Assembly: GCA_031365885.1 (NCBI GenBank)
Contig: JANLYY010000088.1
Coordinates: 1-53,446 of the forward strand
Length of the DNA stretch: 53,446 bases
Direction of reading: 5' to 3'
From: Polaromonas sp.
Lineage (GTDB): Bacteria > Pseudomonadota > Gammaproteobacteria > Burkholderiales > Burkholderiaceae_C
The notes under the pieces: generated by a model
Told to the model about the DNA's origin: nothing
Database searches by the model: none
The model's input: only the letters and a program-made list of their open reading frames with translations
Shown: positions 40,288 to 49,744 of the stretch, piece by piece
Layout of the letters: the number at the start of each line of letters is the position of its first letter
How positions within the stretch are numbered: the first letter of the stretch is position 1
Program-made: the position numbers and the translations under genes

Positions 40288-41232
40288 ATGCGTAACCAGC
40301 TTTGGCCAAACCCCATGCGGGCAGTTCAATTCGGTTTGCTGTCGGCCGTGGCAACCTGTGGTGGCGGCGGCAACAACAGCGCCCCCACGCAGCTGCAAGC
40401 CAACGCCAAAACCAGCTGGGAAGTGATGACCGCTGGCGACATTGCGCAGTGCAATCTGCGGCCTTCGGGTGAATCGAATGCCAATAAAACCGCGCAACTC
40501 ATTGAGCGCCAGCTGGCCGGCGCGGGCAGCAATTCCAATGTGCTGACTTTGGGCGACAACGCCTACTTTCTGGGCCTGATCATTGGCTACACCGAATGCT
40601 ATGAAAAAACCTGGGGCCGGTTTATCGACAAGACTTTCGTCATTCCAGGCAACCACGATTATGAAAACGGTGGCGAAAGTGAATACTTCAAGTACTTTGG
40701 TGCCAAGGCCAACCCGGATTGCAGGGGCACGGGCTACTACCGCATTGACCAAAGCGGCTGGACGGTGTTTGCGCTCAGCAGCGTCACCGATGCGTCTGCC
40801 GCGTCAGCGCAGGCGCAGTGGCTCAAGCAAGAGCTCGCCACCGCGCAGCCTTGTGTGGCGGCGGCCTAGCACCACGCGCGGTTCACGTCGGCGCCCGATG
40901 GTGACAACAGCAGCATGACCGCGATGTGGGACATCCTGGACCAGGCCAAAGCCGACGTGGTGCTGCAATCGCACGAGCACCAGTACGAGCGCTTTGGCCC
41001 GATGACGTCGGCCGGCACCGTGTCTTCTACCGGCCGCCTGCGCTCGTTTGTGGTGGGCACCGGCGGCGCTGACATCTACGCACATGCCCGCGTGCGTGCG
41101 GGCAGCGAAAAGCAGGCGGTGGCCCATGGCGTGCTGCGGTTGTCGCTGTCGCCCGGCAATGCGAAATTCCGGTTTATCGAGGTGAATGACGCGGTGCTGG
41201 ACGAAGGCGCGTTTGACTGCCGCGCCAAGTAG
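40288..41232 (+). pseudogene. Secreted metallophosphoesterase interrupted by an in-frame TAG
   Basis: AGDIA, LGDNAY, PGNHDY, then A*HHARF (TAG 40867-40869 where W of a WHHP-like motif is expected), SHEHQYERF, FVVGTGG all in one frame. Confidence 0.8.
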
Positions 41233-41468
41233 TAGGGCGACATCGGCGGGTGTGTCATGCGCGCAAAGCTGGACGCCAAAGTTTGTGAGCCGACGCTGAC
41301 ATTTCCTTGCGCAGCCAGCCTACTGCCACGCTGTGCGGGGCCGCTATCTTGAGGGCTGGTGGATGCGACACGACGAGCATTGACCCGTGACATCAAGCTA
41401 TTCCGTCGCGCCAGGGTGGTTGACAACAATTAGCCTGGATTCTTCAAGTCGCAACTTCAGGAGTCAGC

Positions 41469-41651
41469 ATGAACAAGGATCAAGTCAAAGGCGCTACCAA
41501 GGACGCCGCAGGCAAGGTGCAGGAAGCCGCCGGCAAACTGGTGGGCAGCAAAGAGCAGCAGGCTAAGGGGCTGGTCAAGCAGGCCGAGGGTTCTACTCAA
41601 AAGAATTACGGCGACGCGAAAGAAGATGTCAAGGACGCTACCAAAAAGTAA
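41469..41651 (+). CDS. CsbD family general stress protein
   Basis: MNKDQVKG...GKVQEAAGKLVG...QKNYGDAKE; AGGAG RBS. Confidence 0.92.
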   Translation: MNKDQVKGATKDAAGKVQEAAGKLVGSKEQQAKGLVKQAEGSTQKNYGDAKEDVKDATKK

Positions 41652-42088
41652 GGGCGGCGTCTTCGGCTGGGCGCCTGTACAGGCTCCCGGCCTCTTAATT
41701 TGTTTGCCGTCTGCGCTAAGGCGGTGATCCATTGGCCAGCATCAGCGCTGGCTTTTTTGCGGCCGCTCTTAGTCGCAGCCCTCGGCCTACGCTACGCCGC
41801 AGATTCCCACGCCCTGATGGCCGCACCTGGCACTGCATTCCTCTGCGCGGGCATGCCAACAGCGTACTGATTTCCAAATGGCTTGACTTCGTGTAGGGGA
41901 AACTCCCGTCGCCCCGCTCAGCTGTGCGGCTCTGCTGCCTGGGCGCCACGTATGGACCGGTTTTGTCATGCCTTTTGGGGTTCATCCACCGGGTTTGCGG
42001 GGGCTGTTCAAGCAGTCGCGCAAAGCCTATAAAGCAGGACGCAGATTCCAGGTAAAAACTTCAAACAAACCCCAAGGAGACAAAAACC

Positions 42089-44347
42089 ATGCGTGTATTT
42101 TTCGGTATGCCGCGCGCGCCCCGTGCGCCGTTTTCCAATGCGTCCGGCTTGTTGCTTGCCGTCAGCTTCGCCTCACTGACAGCGCTGGCGTCGCTGGCCG
42201 CCCAGGCCGACTCGCCCTCGTCGGGTGTGCGGGTGAAATTCGACACCACCGACATCGCGGGCAGCCCCTTCCCCAGTGACCGCTACACGCTGCGCGACTG
42301 GAGCAACCGCAGCTTCCGCCGCGTCAATTTGCCAACACCCGACTGCACCGTGCGCGTCAGCGACTGCCAGGACATCGCGGTCATCAACGGCCTCGACGGC
42401 TTTTCGACCCAGCCGCGCATCACCGTGCCTTTCACCGGCGCCATTGATGTCAGCAGCGTGACCAGCGACACGGTGTATCTACTCAACCTGGGTGACGTGC
42501 TGACCGCGCGCGGCCTGGGTCAGCGCGTCGGCATCAACCAGCGGCTGTGGGACCCGGCGACGAACACGCTGGTGTTTGAGCCCGACGAGCTGCTGGCCGA
42601 GCATTCTCGCTATGTGTTGATCATCACCAGCGGCGTACGCGATGCACGCGGCAAGCCGATCAAGCGCGCGCATCTCGATGATGATGACGGTGACGACAAC
42701 GACGATAAAGGTGAAGGCACGATCAGTCTGCGCAACCATGGCAGCGACGAGTACCGGCGTGACCTGCGCGATGCGTCGCGCCTGCATCGGGGCGCGGGCC
42801 GGGTGACCGCAGCCACCGTCTTCACCACGCAAACATCGACCAGCGACCTGGCCAAAATCATGCGCCAGATCAAGGCCGCAACGCCCGCGCCAGCCAGCTT
42901 CATGATTGGCACTTCGGCTGGCGCTTCGGTGCGCGCCGTGTTTGCGCTGAGCGGTTTGCAGGGCGTTCAGTTCAACCGCCAGACCGGCACCGCACCGACT
43001 TTCACGCCCGGCTTTTTGCCGACGCCGGCGCTGAACGTCGTTCCCGGCGCGGTGTCGCAAATCGCCTATGGCAAGTTCAGCTCACCGAGTTACCTGGCAG
43101 CGGGCCAGTCGATCCCCGCCACGCCCACGCTCAGCGGCAGCCCGCAAACGCAGGGCAGCCATGAGCTGATCTTCCAGCTCTTCGTGCCAGCGGGCACCAA
43201 GCCTGCGGGTGGCTGGCCGGTGGCGATTTTTGGCCACGGTTTTACCGACAGCATGTACGGCGCGCCGTGGACAGTCGGCTCGGTGTTTGCGTCGCGGGGT
43301 ATCGCCACGCTGGCCATCAATGTGGTCGGTCACGGCGGCGGTGCGCTGGGCACGCTCAATGTCTTGCGCACCGGCAACACGCCTGTCAGCGTGCCGGCCG
43401 GTGGGCGTGGATTTGACCAGGATGGCAACGGCGCCATCGACAGCACCGAAGGCGTGAACGCCGCAGCGCCGCGCACCATCATTGGCAGCCGCGACGGCCT
43501 GCGCCAGACCGTGGTTGATCTGATGCAGCTGGTGCGGCAGGTTGAAGTCGGCATCGACATTGACGGAGACGGCACGGCCGATCTTGACGCCCAGCGCATC
43601 TACTACGCGGGCCAATCGTTCGGTGGCATCTACGGCACCCAGCTGCTGGGTATCGAGCCCAACATCAAGGCCGGCGTGCCGAATGTGCCCGGCGGCTCGA
43701 TTGCCGAAGTCGCGCGCCTCGGCGTGTTCCGCTTCCTGACCGCTGCAAGCCTGGCCACACGCCAGCCGCAGCTGCTGAACCTGCCGTCCACGCCCAACGT
43801 GCCAGTGCCGTTCAATTTGAACTTCAATGAAAACATCCCGCTGCGCAATCTGCCGCTGGTGGTCAACAACGTGCCCGGCGCCACCGCGATTGCGCAGGTG
43901 CTCGACCGCTTCGAGTGGGTGCAGCAAAGCGGCAACCCGGTGTCGTACGCGCCGCTGATTCGCAAGTCGCCGCTGCCCGGCAGTGCGGCCAAGCCGGTGA
44001 TCGTTCAGTTTGCGAAGGGCGACGTGACGGTGCCCAATCCGACCACCAGCGCCATCTTGCGCGCCGGTGATCTGCAGGACCGCGCCACGTATTTCCGCAA
44101 CGATCTGGCTTTCGCTGCCAATCCGCAAAGCGCGGCCAACCCAGGCGGCATACCGAAGAACCCGCACACTTTTCTGACGAATATCGGGATTCCGGCGGCG
44201 GCTCCCTACGCCGTTGCAGCGCAGTCGCAGATCGCTGCCTTCTTCGCCAGCAACGGCGCATTGACCATCGACCCGGATGGACCGGCACCGTTCTTTGAAG
44301 TGCCCATCGCGCTGCCGCTGCCCGAGGGCTTGAACTTTATTCCGTGA
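42089..44347 (+). CDS. Secreted Ig-like domain plus alpha/beta hydrolase (lipase-like)
   Basis: Signal peptide, PFPSD...LDGFS N-domain, WPVAIFGHG, GQSFGG nucleophile elbow, NPH. Confidence 0.85.
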   Translation: MRVFFGMPRAPRAPFSNASGLLLAVSFASLTALASLAAQADSPSSGVRVKFDTTDIAGSPFPSDRYTLRDWSNRSFRRVNLPTPDCTVRVSDCQDIAVINGLDGFSTQPRITVPFTGAIDVSSVTSDTVYLLNLGDVLTARGLGQRVGINQRLWDPATNTLVFEPDELLAEHSRYVLIITSGVRDARGKPIKRAHLDDDDGDDNDDKGEGTISLRNHGSDEYRRDLRDASRLHRGAGRVTAATVFTTQTSTSDLAKIMRQIKAATPAPASFMIGTSAGASVRAVFALSGLQGVQFNRQTGTAPTFTPGFLPTPALNVVPGAVSQIAYGKFSSPSYLAAGQSIPATPTLSGSPQTQGSHELIFQLFVPAGTKPAGGWPVAIFGHGFTDSMYGAPWTVGSVFASRGIATLAINVVGHGGGALGTLNVLRTGNTPVSVPAGGRGFDQDGNGAIDSTEGVNAAAPRTIIGSRDGLRQTVVDLMQLVRQVEVGIDIDGDGTADLDAQRIYYAGQSFGGIYGTQLLGIEPNIKAGVPNVPGGSIAEVARLGVFRFLTAASLATRQPQLLNLPSTPNVPVPFNLNFNENIPLRNLPLVVNNVPGATAIAQVLDRFEWVQQSGNPVSYAPLIRKSPLPGSAAKPVIVQFAKGDVTVPNPTTSAILRAGDLQDRATYFRNDLAFAANPQSAANPGGIPKNPHTFLTNIGIPAAAPYAVAAQSQIAAFFASNGALTIDPDGPAPFFEVPIALPLPEGLNFIP

Positions 44348-44363
44348 GGTCGTCGGGTTGAGC

Positions 44364-44393
44364 ATCGCTGCGGGGAACGTTCCTCGCAGCGAT
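44364..44393. terminator. Hairpin after the hydrolase gene
   Basis: atcgctgcggggaac/gttcctcgcagcgat. Confidence 0.55.
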
Positions 44394-44482
44394 TGCAAAA
44401 GCGCCGACCCAGGAACGGACTTTGGCACCCGCTGGCGAAGGCCGGTCTTACAGCTTTTGAGCCACTGATCGCAAAGCTATTC

Positions 44483-44525
44483 GCTACAAATTAGATAGCT
44501 GCTTACGCAAGTACTGCCTGGGCTA
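44483..44525 (-). repeat. 43-bp dispersed element, copy 12
   Basis: Minus strand tagcccaggcagtacttgcgtaagcagctatctaatttgtagc. Confidence 0.9.
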
Positions 44526-44552
44526 CAGGTCAATTCGATCAATATTTCCCGA

Positions 44553-44999
44553 TCAAACAGCGTTCATGGCACGCGCTGCTTCCAGGTGCGCCTTGACGCG
44601 TTCGGCCAGCGCGCTGTCACCAGGCGTTTCGGGTCGCCACTCGCGTACCGGCAAAGATTTGCCGTCGTCATCAATCGCGACAAACACCACCAGACATTCG
44701 GTGATTTTTTCCATCTGTCCGGTCTTCATGTCACCCGCGCGAACCTCCACTGACATGTTCATGCTGGTGGTGCCGGTGTAGGCCAGGCGCGCCTCGACTT
44801 CGACCAGATCACCGATCCGTATCGGTCGCTCAAAGCGGACACTGCCGACCGAGACCGTCATGCAGTAATTTTTCGCCCAGCGCGTCGCACAGGCGTAGCC
44901 GGCCTCGTCGATCCATTTCATGACGGTGCCGCCATGGACTTTGCCGCCAAAATTGATGGTGCTGGGTTCAGCGAGGAAGCGTAGGGTGATGGAGGACAT
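44553..44999 (-). CDS. Acyl-CoA thioesterase (hotdog fold, YciA-like)
   Basis: NFGGKVHGGTVMKWIDEAG, YTGTTSM, VFVAID. Confidence 0.92.
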   Translation of the reverse strand: MSSITLRFLAEPSTINFGGKVHGGTVMKWIDEAGYACATRWAKNYCMTVSVGSVRFERPIRIGDLVEVEARLAYTGTTSMNMSVEVRAGDMKTGQMEKITECLVVFVAIDDDGKSLPVREWRPETPGDSALAERVKAHLEAARAMNAV

Positions 45000-45019
45000 G
45001 TCGTCTTTCGGAAAAAAAT

Positions 45020-46018
45020 TTACTCGGCAGCGGGGTGCCAAGTCTGGCGGGCGACGCGCACCATGTTGCCGCCCATGACTCGCGCTACTTCGTCGGGCGT
45101 CATGCCGACATCGCGCAAGGCTTGAGGCAGCAATTGCCAGGTTTCAACCGGTGTGAACACCGCTTTCACCGTGCCGCGCTCATAGCCCGTGTATTGCACC
45201 GGCCACCAGTAGCTCGGGTCATAGTCACCAGGCGGCGTGTCGTCCAGACCATCCTGCGCAAAACAGATATCCAGGCCGATGCCGGTGTGTTCGACACCGA
45301 CCAGATCGGCCACATAAGCGGCATGGCGCGCCACGTCCTGCGCCGTGGGCTGCTCATTGCCCAGAAACAGCGATACGCCCGACACACAGGTCACGCCGCC
45401 AGTGGCTGCGCAGGCGCGAATTTGTTCGTCCGTCACGTTGCGGCCATGGTCGACCAGCGCTTGCGGGTTGGAATGGCTGAAGATGACCGGCTTGCTTGAC
45501 GCCGCCATGATGTCCAGGCTGCTGCGCCGGCCGGTGTGCGAGCAGTCCATCAGCAGGCCGGCAGTATTGATGGCCGCGACTACCTGATGACCCAGCGGCG
45601 TCAGGCCCTGATCGACGTCATGGCAACCACCGGCGACTGAATTGTTGCGGTTGTAGGCCAGATGCATTTGCCGCACGCCCAGGCTGGCGTAGAGCGCCAC
45701 CATATCGGGTTGATCGAGCAAGGGCATCGCGCCTTCCAGATCAAAACCGATGGCTATTTTTCCGGTCGCGGCGGCGCGCTCGACATCACGCCAGCTGCCC
45801 GCCAGCACGTAAATGTCTGGGCGCGATTCAATTGTTTTGCGAAAGCCGGCAATCACCGACATCACCTGCGACACCGGGTTCATGTCCATGCCGATGTTGA
45901 TCGACACATAGTTCACGCCCGCAGCGCGCAGCTGTTTAATCGGGGCAAAGTCGGCCTGCGGATTCAGGCGCAGGCAACAGTGGGATTCCCAGCGGATGTT
46001 CGGTGGCGGGTGGGGCAT
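45020..46018 (-). CDS. Membrane dipeptidase (peptidase M19) family protein
   Basis: FDLEG, LAYNRNN, GLTPLG, DCSHTG, FSHSNP, RNVTDEQI, GIGLD, MGGN. Confidence 0.9.
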   Translation of the reverse strand: MPHPPPNIRWESHCCLRLNPQADFAPIKQLRAAGVNYVSINIGMDMNPVSQVMSVIAGFRKTIESRPDIYVLAGSWRDVERAAATGKIAIGFDLEGAMPLLDQPDMVALYASLGVRQMHLAYNRNNSVAGGCHDVDQGLTPLGHQVVAAINTAGLLMDCSHTGRRSSLDIMAASSKPVIFSHSNPQALVDHGRNVTDEQIRACAATGGVTCVSGVSLFLGNEQPTAQDVARHAAYVADLVGVEHTGIGLDICFAQDGLDDTPPGDYDPSYWWPVQYTGYERGTVKAVFTPVETWQLLPQALRDVGMTPDEVARVMGGNMVRVARQTWHPAAE

Positions 46019-46063
46019 GAATTTATTAAAGCACGCAGGCGCGAACCGCGCTGCCAGAAATCG

Positions 46064-46873
46064 TTACGCGGGCGGCTCGAGTGATGGCACTGGGTCTGGC
46101 ACCGCCTCGCGTTTGAAGCCGCCCGATGCCTTCATCAGGCTCAGCGTGTAGTCATTCGTCACGCGGTGCGCCGCGAGGTCGGCCGATGACAAAAACTCCA
46201 CCGTCTGGCCGCGCTGCATCACCATCAGGCGCTCGCACATGTGCGTGACCACGGCCAGGTCATGACTGACCATCACAAACGTCAAACCGCGTTGGCGTCG
46301 CAGCGCTTCAAGCAGGTTCAACACTTCGGCCTGCACCGACGCGTCGAGCGCCGAGGTCGGCTCGTCGAGCAACAAAATCTGTGGCTCCAAGATCAGCGCC
46401 CGCGCAATCGCAATACGCTGGCGCTGACCGCCCGACAGCTGGTGCGGATACCGAAAGCGAAACCCGGTGCCCAGGCCGACTTCATCGAGCGCGCGTTCGA
46501 TGCGCGTCTCGGCATCCGCGAGACCGTGAATCGCCAGCGGCTCGGCCAGGATGCGGTCAACCGTCTGGCGCGGGTGCAGCGAGCCGTAAGGGTCTTGAAA
46601 CACCATTTGCACCAGGCGGCGAAACGGCTTGCTGCCGGGCGATGGCAGCGCAGCGCCTGGACCGGTGAGGGCCACGCTGCCGCCGGTGCGCGGCGCGAGT
46701 CCGCAAATCGCGCGCAGCACGGTTGATTTGCCCGAACCCGATTCGCCGACGATACCGAAGCTCTCACCCGGCGCCACCTTGAAACTGGTGTCTGCGACCG
46801 CCACGAAACCGTCGTACACCACACGCAACTGCTGCACGGTCAGACCCAGCGCGGTGTTTTCAGTGACGCTCAC
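46064..46873 (-). CDS. Peptide ABC transporter ATPase (DppF-like)
   Basis: GESGSGKS, QMVFQDPYGSL, LSGGQRQR, LDEPTSALD; GTG start overlapping the upstream stop. Confidence 0.92.
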   Translation of the reverse strand: MSVTENTALGLTVQQLRVVYDGFVAVADTSFKVAPGESFGIVGESGSGKSTVLRAICGLAPRTGGSVALTGPGAALPSPGSKPFRRLVQMVFQDPYGSLHPRQTVDRILAEPLAIHGLADAETRIERALDEVGLGTGFRFRYPHQLSGGQRQRIAIARALILEPQILLLDEPTSALDASVQAEVLNLLEALRRQRGLTFVMVSHDLAVVTHMCERLMVMQRGQTVEFLSSADLAAHRVTNDYTLSLMKASGGFKREAVPDPVPSLEPPA

Positions 46874-47724
46874 AGGGCCCACTCCGGCCGCCGGTCCAGC
46901 GTAGCCAGTGGATGCGTTGATTGACCCAGCTGCGGCAGGCAGGCCATCAGACCGCGCGTGTACGGATGCTTCGCGTTGGCCAGACCACCGGCAGGCAATT
47001 CCTCGACCACACGGCCGGCATACATCACCAGAATACGGTCGCAAAAAGACGAAACGAGCCGCAAGTCATGCGACACCAGAATCAGGCCCATACCGCGCTC
47101 GGTGACGAGCTGGTCCATGATCGCCAGCACCTGCAGTTGCACCGTCACGTCGAGCGCCGATGTGGGCTCGTCAGCAATCAAAATATCCGGTTCGGCAATC
47201 AGCATCATCGCGATCATTGCGCGCTGGCCCATGCCGCCCGACACCTCATGCGGGTACAACTGGTACACGCGCTCGGGGTCGTCGATGCGCACCGATTCGA
47301 GCGCCGCCAGCGCGCGCGCCTTCGACTCGCTGGACGACACGCGGGTGTGGGCGCGCAGCGTTTCCTCGATCTGCGCGCCGATGCGCATCACCGGATTGAG
47401 CGAAAACTTCGGGTCTTGCAGCACCATCGCGATACGGCCGCCGCGCAGCTCGCGGCGCTTCGCAGCAGAGCAGTTCAGCAAGTCGGTGCCGGCAAACTCC
47501 AGGCGCCTGGCTGTGACGCGGCCCTCCGGCGCGGTCAGCCCCAAAATCGCGCGGCCGGTTTGGGACTTGCCGGAACCCGATTCGCCAACGATGCCCAGGC
47601 GTTCGCGACCCAGCGAGAACGACACACCGCGCACGGCGTCGAACCAGCCGCCATCGCGGTTTGGAAACGCCACGCGCAGGTCTTCGACGACCAAAAGAGG
47701 AGATGAGGCGTCGGCAGCCGTCAT
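46870..47724 (-). CDS. Peptide ABC transporter ATPase (DppD-like)
   Basis: GESGSGKS, YPHEVSGGMGQR, ADEPTSALD, HPYTRGL. Confidence 0.93.
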   Translation of the reverse strand: MTAADASSPLLVVEDLRVAFPNRDGGWFDAVRGVSFSLGRERLGIVGESGSGKSQTGRAILGLTAPEGRVTARRLEFAGTDLLNCSAAKRRELRGGRIAMVLQDPKFSLNPVMRIGAQIEETLRAHTRVSSSESKARALAALESVRIDDPERVYQLYPHEVSGGMGQRAMIAMMLIAEPDILIADEPTSALDVTVQLQVLAIMDQLVTERGMGLILVSHDLRLVSSFCDRILVMYAGRVVEELPAGGLANAKHPYTRGLMACLPQLGQSTHPLATLDRRPEWAL

Positions 47725-48653
47725 TTGCCACTCTTTGGGTCCAGCGCATCGCGCAGTCCATCACCCAGCAGATTAAAAGCCAGACTGACGATAAAAATCG
47801 CCGCGCCGGGAGCCGCCGCCACCCACCACTGGTTCAGCACATACAGCCGCCCATTGGCAATCAGCGCGCCCCATTCGGGCATCGGTGGCTGCGCACCGAG
47901 ACCGAGAAAACCCAGGCCAGCTGCTGTCAAAATAATGCCCGCCATGTCGAGCGTGACGCGCACGATGACCGACGACAGACACAGCGGCATGATGTGCCGC
48001 AGCACGATGCGCCACGGCGACGCGCCCAGCAGTTGCACCGCCGCGATGTAGTCGGTCTGGCGAATCGTTAGCGTCTCTGCGCGTGCCAGTCGCGCGTATG
48101 GCGGCCACGAGGTGATCGCAATCGCAATCACCGCGTTGGTAATACCCGGCCCGAGCGCCGCGACAAAAGCCAGCGCCAGAATCAGGCGTGGAAAGGCGAG
48201 AAAAATATCGGTGATGCGCATCAGCACAGCATCAACCCAGCCGCCCGCATAACCCGCCACGGTGCCGACGATGAGGCCGATTGGTGCAGCCAGTACCGCC
48301 ACCAGCACGACGACGAACAGCGTGATGCGCGAGCCGTGAATGATGCGCGACAAAATGTCACGGCCCTGGTCGTCGGTGCCGAACCAGTGGGCTGACGACG
48401 GCGGCAGCAGCCGCGTAATGCGAAGGTCACCGATGTAGGCCGAATACGGCGCCAGAAAATCCGCAAAAAGCGCAACGAAGATCAGCGCGAGGATGATGAA
48501 CAAGCCCAGCATGGCGAGCTTATTGCGCGCGAAGGTGCGCGCGGCACTATACGCGCGGCCCCAGGACGCCTGGCGTCGCGAGGCAGGCTTTTCACTGCTG
48601 AGCCATTTGTGCAGCGATTCCTCTTCAACCGGTTGCTTGACTACTGTGGTCAT
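47721..48653 (-). CDS. Peptide ABC transporter permease (DppC-like)
   Basis: HWFGTDDQGRD, LGFLGLGAQPPMPEWG, NLLGDGLRDALDP. Confidence 0.93.
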   Translation of the reverse strand: MTTVVKQPVEEESLHKWLSSEKPASRRQASWGRAYSAARTFARNKLAMLGLFIILALIFVALFADFLAPYSAYIGDLRITRLLPPSSAHWFGTDDQGRDILSRIIHGSRITLFVVVLVAVLAAPIGLIVGTVAGYAGGWVDAVLMRITDIFLAFPRLILALAFVAALGPGITNAVIAIAITSWPPYARLARAETLTIRQTDYIAAVQLLGASPWRIVLRHIMPLCLSSVIVRVTLDMAGIILTAAGLGFLGLGAQPPMPEWGALIANGRLYVLNQWWVAAAPGAAIFIVSLAFNLLGDGLRDALDPKSGK

Positions 48654-49720
48654 CGCACACGCGTCCGCGGGTCGAGCAATTTGTAGAGCAGATCCGACAG
48701 CAAATTCAATCCAATAAAAACCGAGCCCACCACCAGCGTGCCGCCCAGCACGGCATTCATATCGGCGTTTTGCAAAGAGTTGGTGATGTAAAGGCCCAAG
48801 CCTGGCCAGGCGAACACGGTTTCGGTCAACACCGAGCCTTCGAGCAGGCCGGCATACGACAGCGCAATCACCGTCACCAGCGGCACCATTGCATTGCGCA
48901 GCGCATGCGCCCAGATGATGCGCGACTCTGACAGGCCCTTGGCGCGCGCCGCAATCACGTATTCCTGCGCCAACTCATTGAGCATGAACGAACGCGTCAT
49001 GCGGCTGATATAGGCGAGCGAAAAATACCCCAGCAGTGAGGCCGGCAAAATCAGATGCGACAGCACATTGCCAAACGCATCCCATTGGCCGGCACGTGCC
49101 GCGTCGATCAGCAAAAAACCGGTGACCGACGTCAGCGTGTATTCATACGTGATGTCCATTCGGCCCGGCCCGCCAACCCAGCCAAGCTTGGCATAAAACA
49201 GCACCAGCCCCATCAGCCCGAGCCAGAAGATCGGCACTGAATAACCAATCAGTCCCATCACACGCACGATCTGGTCCACCACGCTGCCACGCCGAACCGC
49301 CGCCCACACGCCCAGCGGTACGCCGAAGCCCACACCGATAAGAATGCCCAGCGTTGCCAGTTCGATGGTTGCCGGGAAGGTGCGGCGAATGTCCTGCATC
49401 ACCGGGTTCGACGTCAACACCGAGGTGCCGAAATCGCCCTGCGCAATCTTCGTCAGGTAAATATAGAACTGCTGATAGAGCGGCTTGTTGAGCCCCAACT
49501 CCTCACGTACCCGCGCAATGACATGCTCCGGCGCACGGTCACCGACGATGGCCAGCACCGGGTCAATCGGCATCACGCGGCCGATGAAAAACGTTACCGC
49601 CAGCAACCCCAAATAGGTCAACGCAATGACCAGCAGGAAGCTGCCAATGCCTTTCAGGGTGCGGTGCGCGTTACCGCGCGGAGCAATTGCCGGCGCGGCA
49701 GGGATATCAAGTGAATCCAA
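48650..49720 (-). CDS. Peptide ABC transporter permease (DppB-like)
   Basis: GDFGTS, FPATIEL, ARAKGL, HALRNA, ETVFAWPGLG, LDPR. Confidence 0.93.
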   Translation of the reverse strand: MDSLDIPAAPAIAPRGNAHRTLKGIGSFLLVIALTYLGLLAVTFFIGRVMPIDPVLAIVGDRAPEHVIARVREELGLNKPLYQQFYIYLTKIAQGDFGTSVLTSNPVMQDIRRTFPATIELATLGILIGVGFGVPLGVWAAVRRGSVVDQIVRVMGLIGYSVPIFWLGLMGLVLFYAKLGWVGGPGRMDITYEYTLTSVTGFLLIDAARAGQWDAFGNVLSHLILPASLLGYFSLAYISRMTRSFMLNELAQEYVIAARAKGLSESRIIWAHALRNAMVPLVTVIALSYAGLLEGSVLTETVFAWPGLGLYITNSLQNADMNAVLGGTLVVGSVFIGLNLLSDLLYKLLDPRTRVR

Positions 49721-49744
49721 AACTGAAAAAGCTATCGGCGTGAA

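Noticed and set aside
40867-40869. Genome-wide stop-codon recoding or pyrrolysine
   Set aside because: TAG terminates many ordinary genes here (tetR, response regulator, uvrA), no pyl genes are seen, and a TGG-to-TAG mutation is the simpler explanation.
43082-44428. Long antisense ORFs (also 17035-18222, 24923-26038, 33219-34211, 3827-4795)
   Set aside because: They are shadows of real genes in GC-rich DNA and carry no recognisable motifs.
45020-46018. Atypical metal ligand (HCC instead of HxD) in the M19 dipeptidase
   Set aside because: To my recollection this variant is common in bacterial members of the family, so it is not evidence of novelty.
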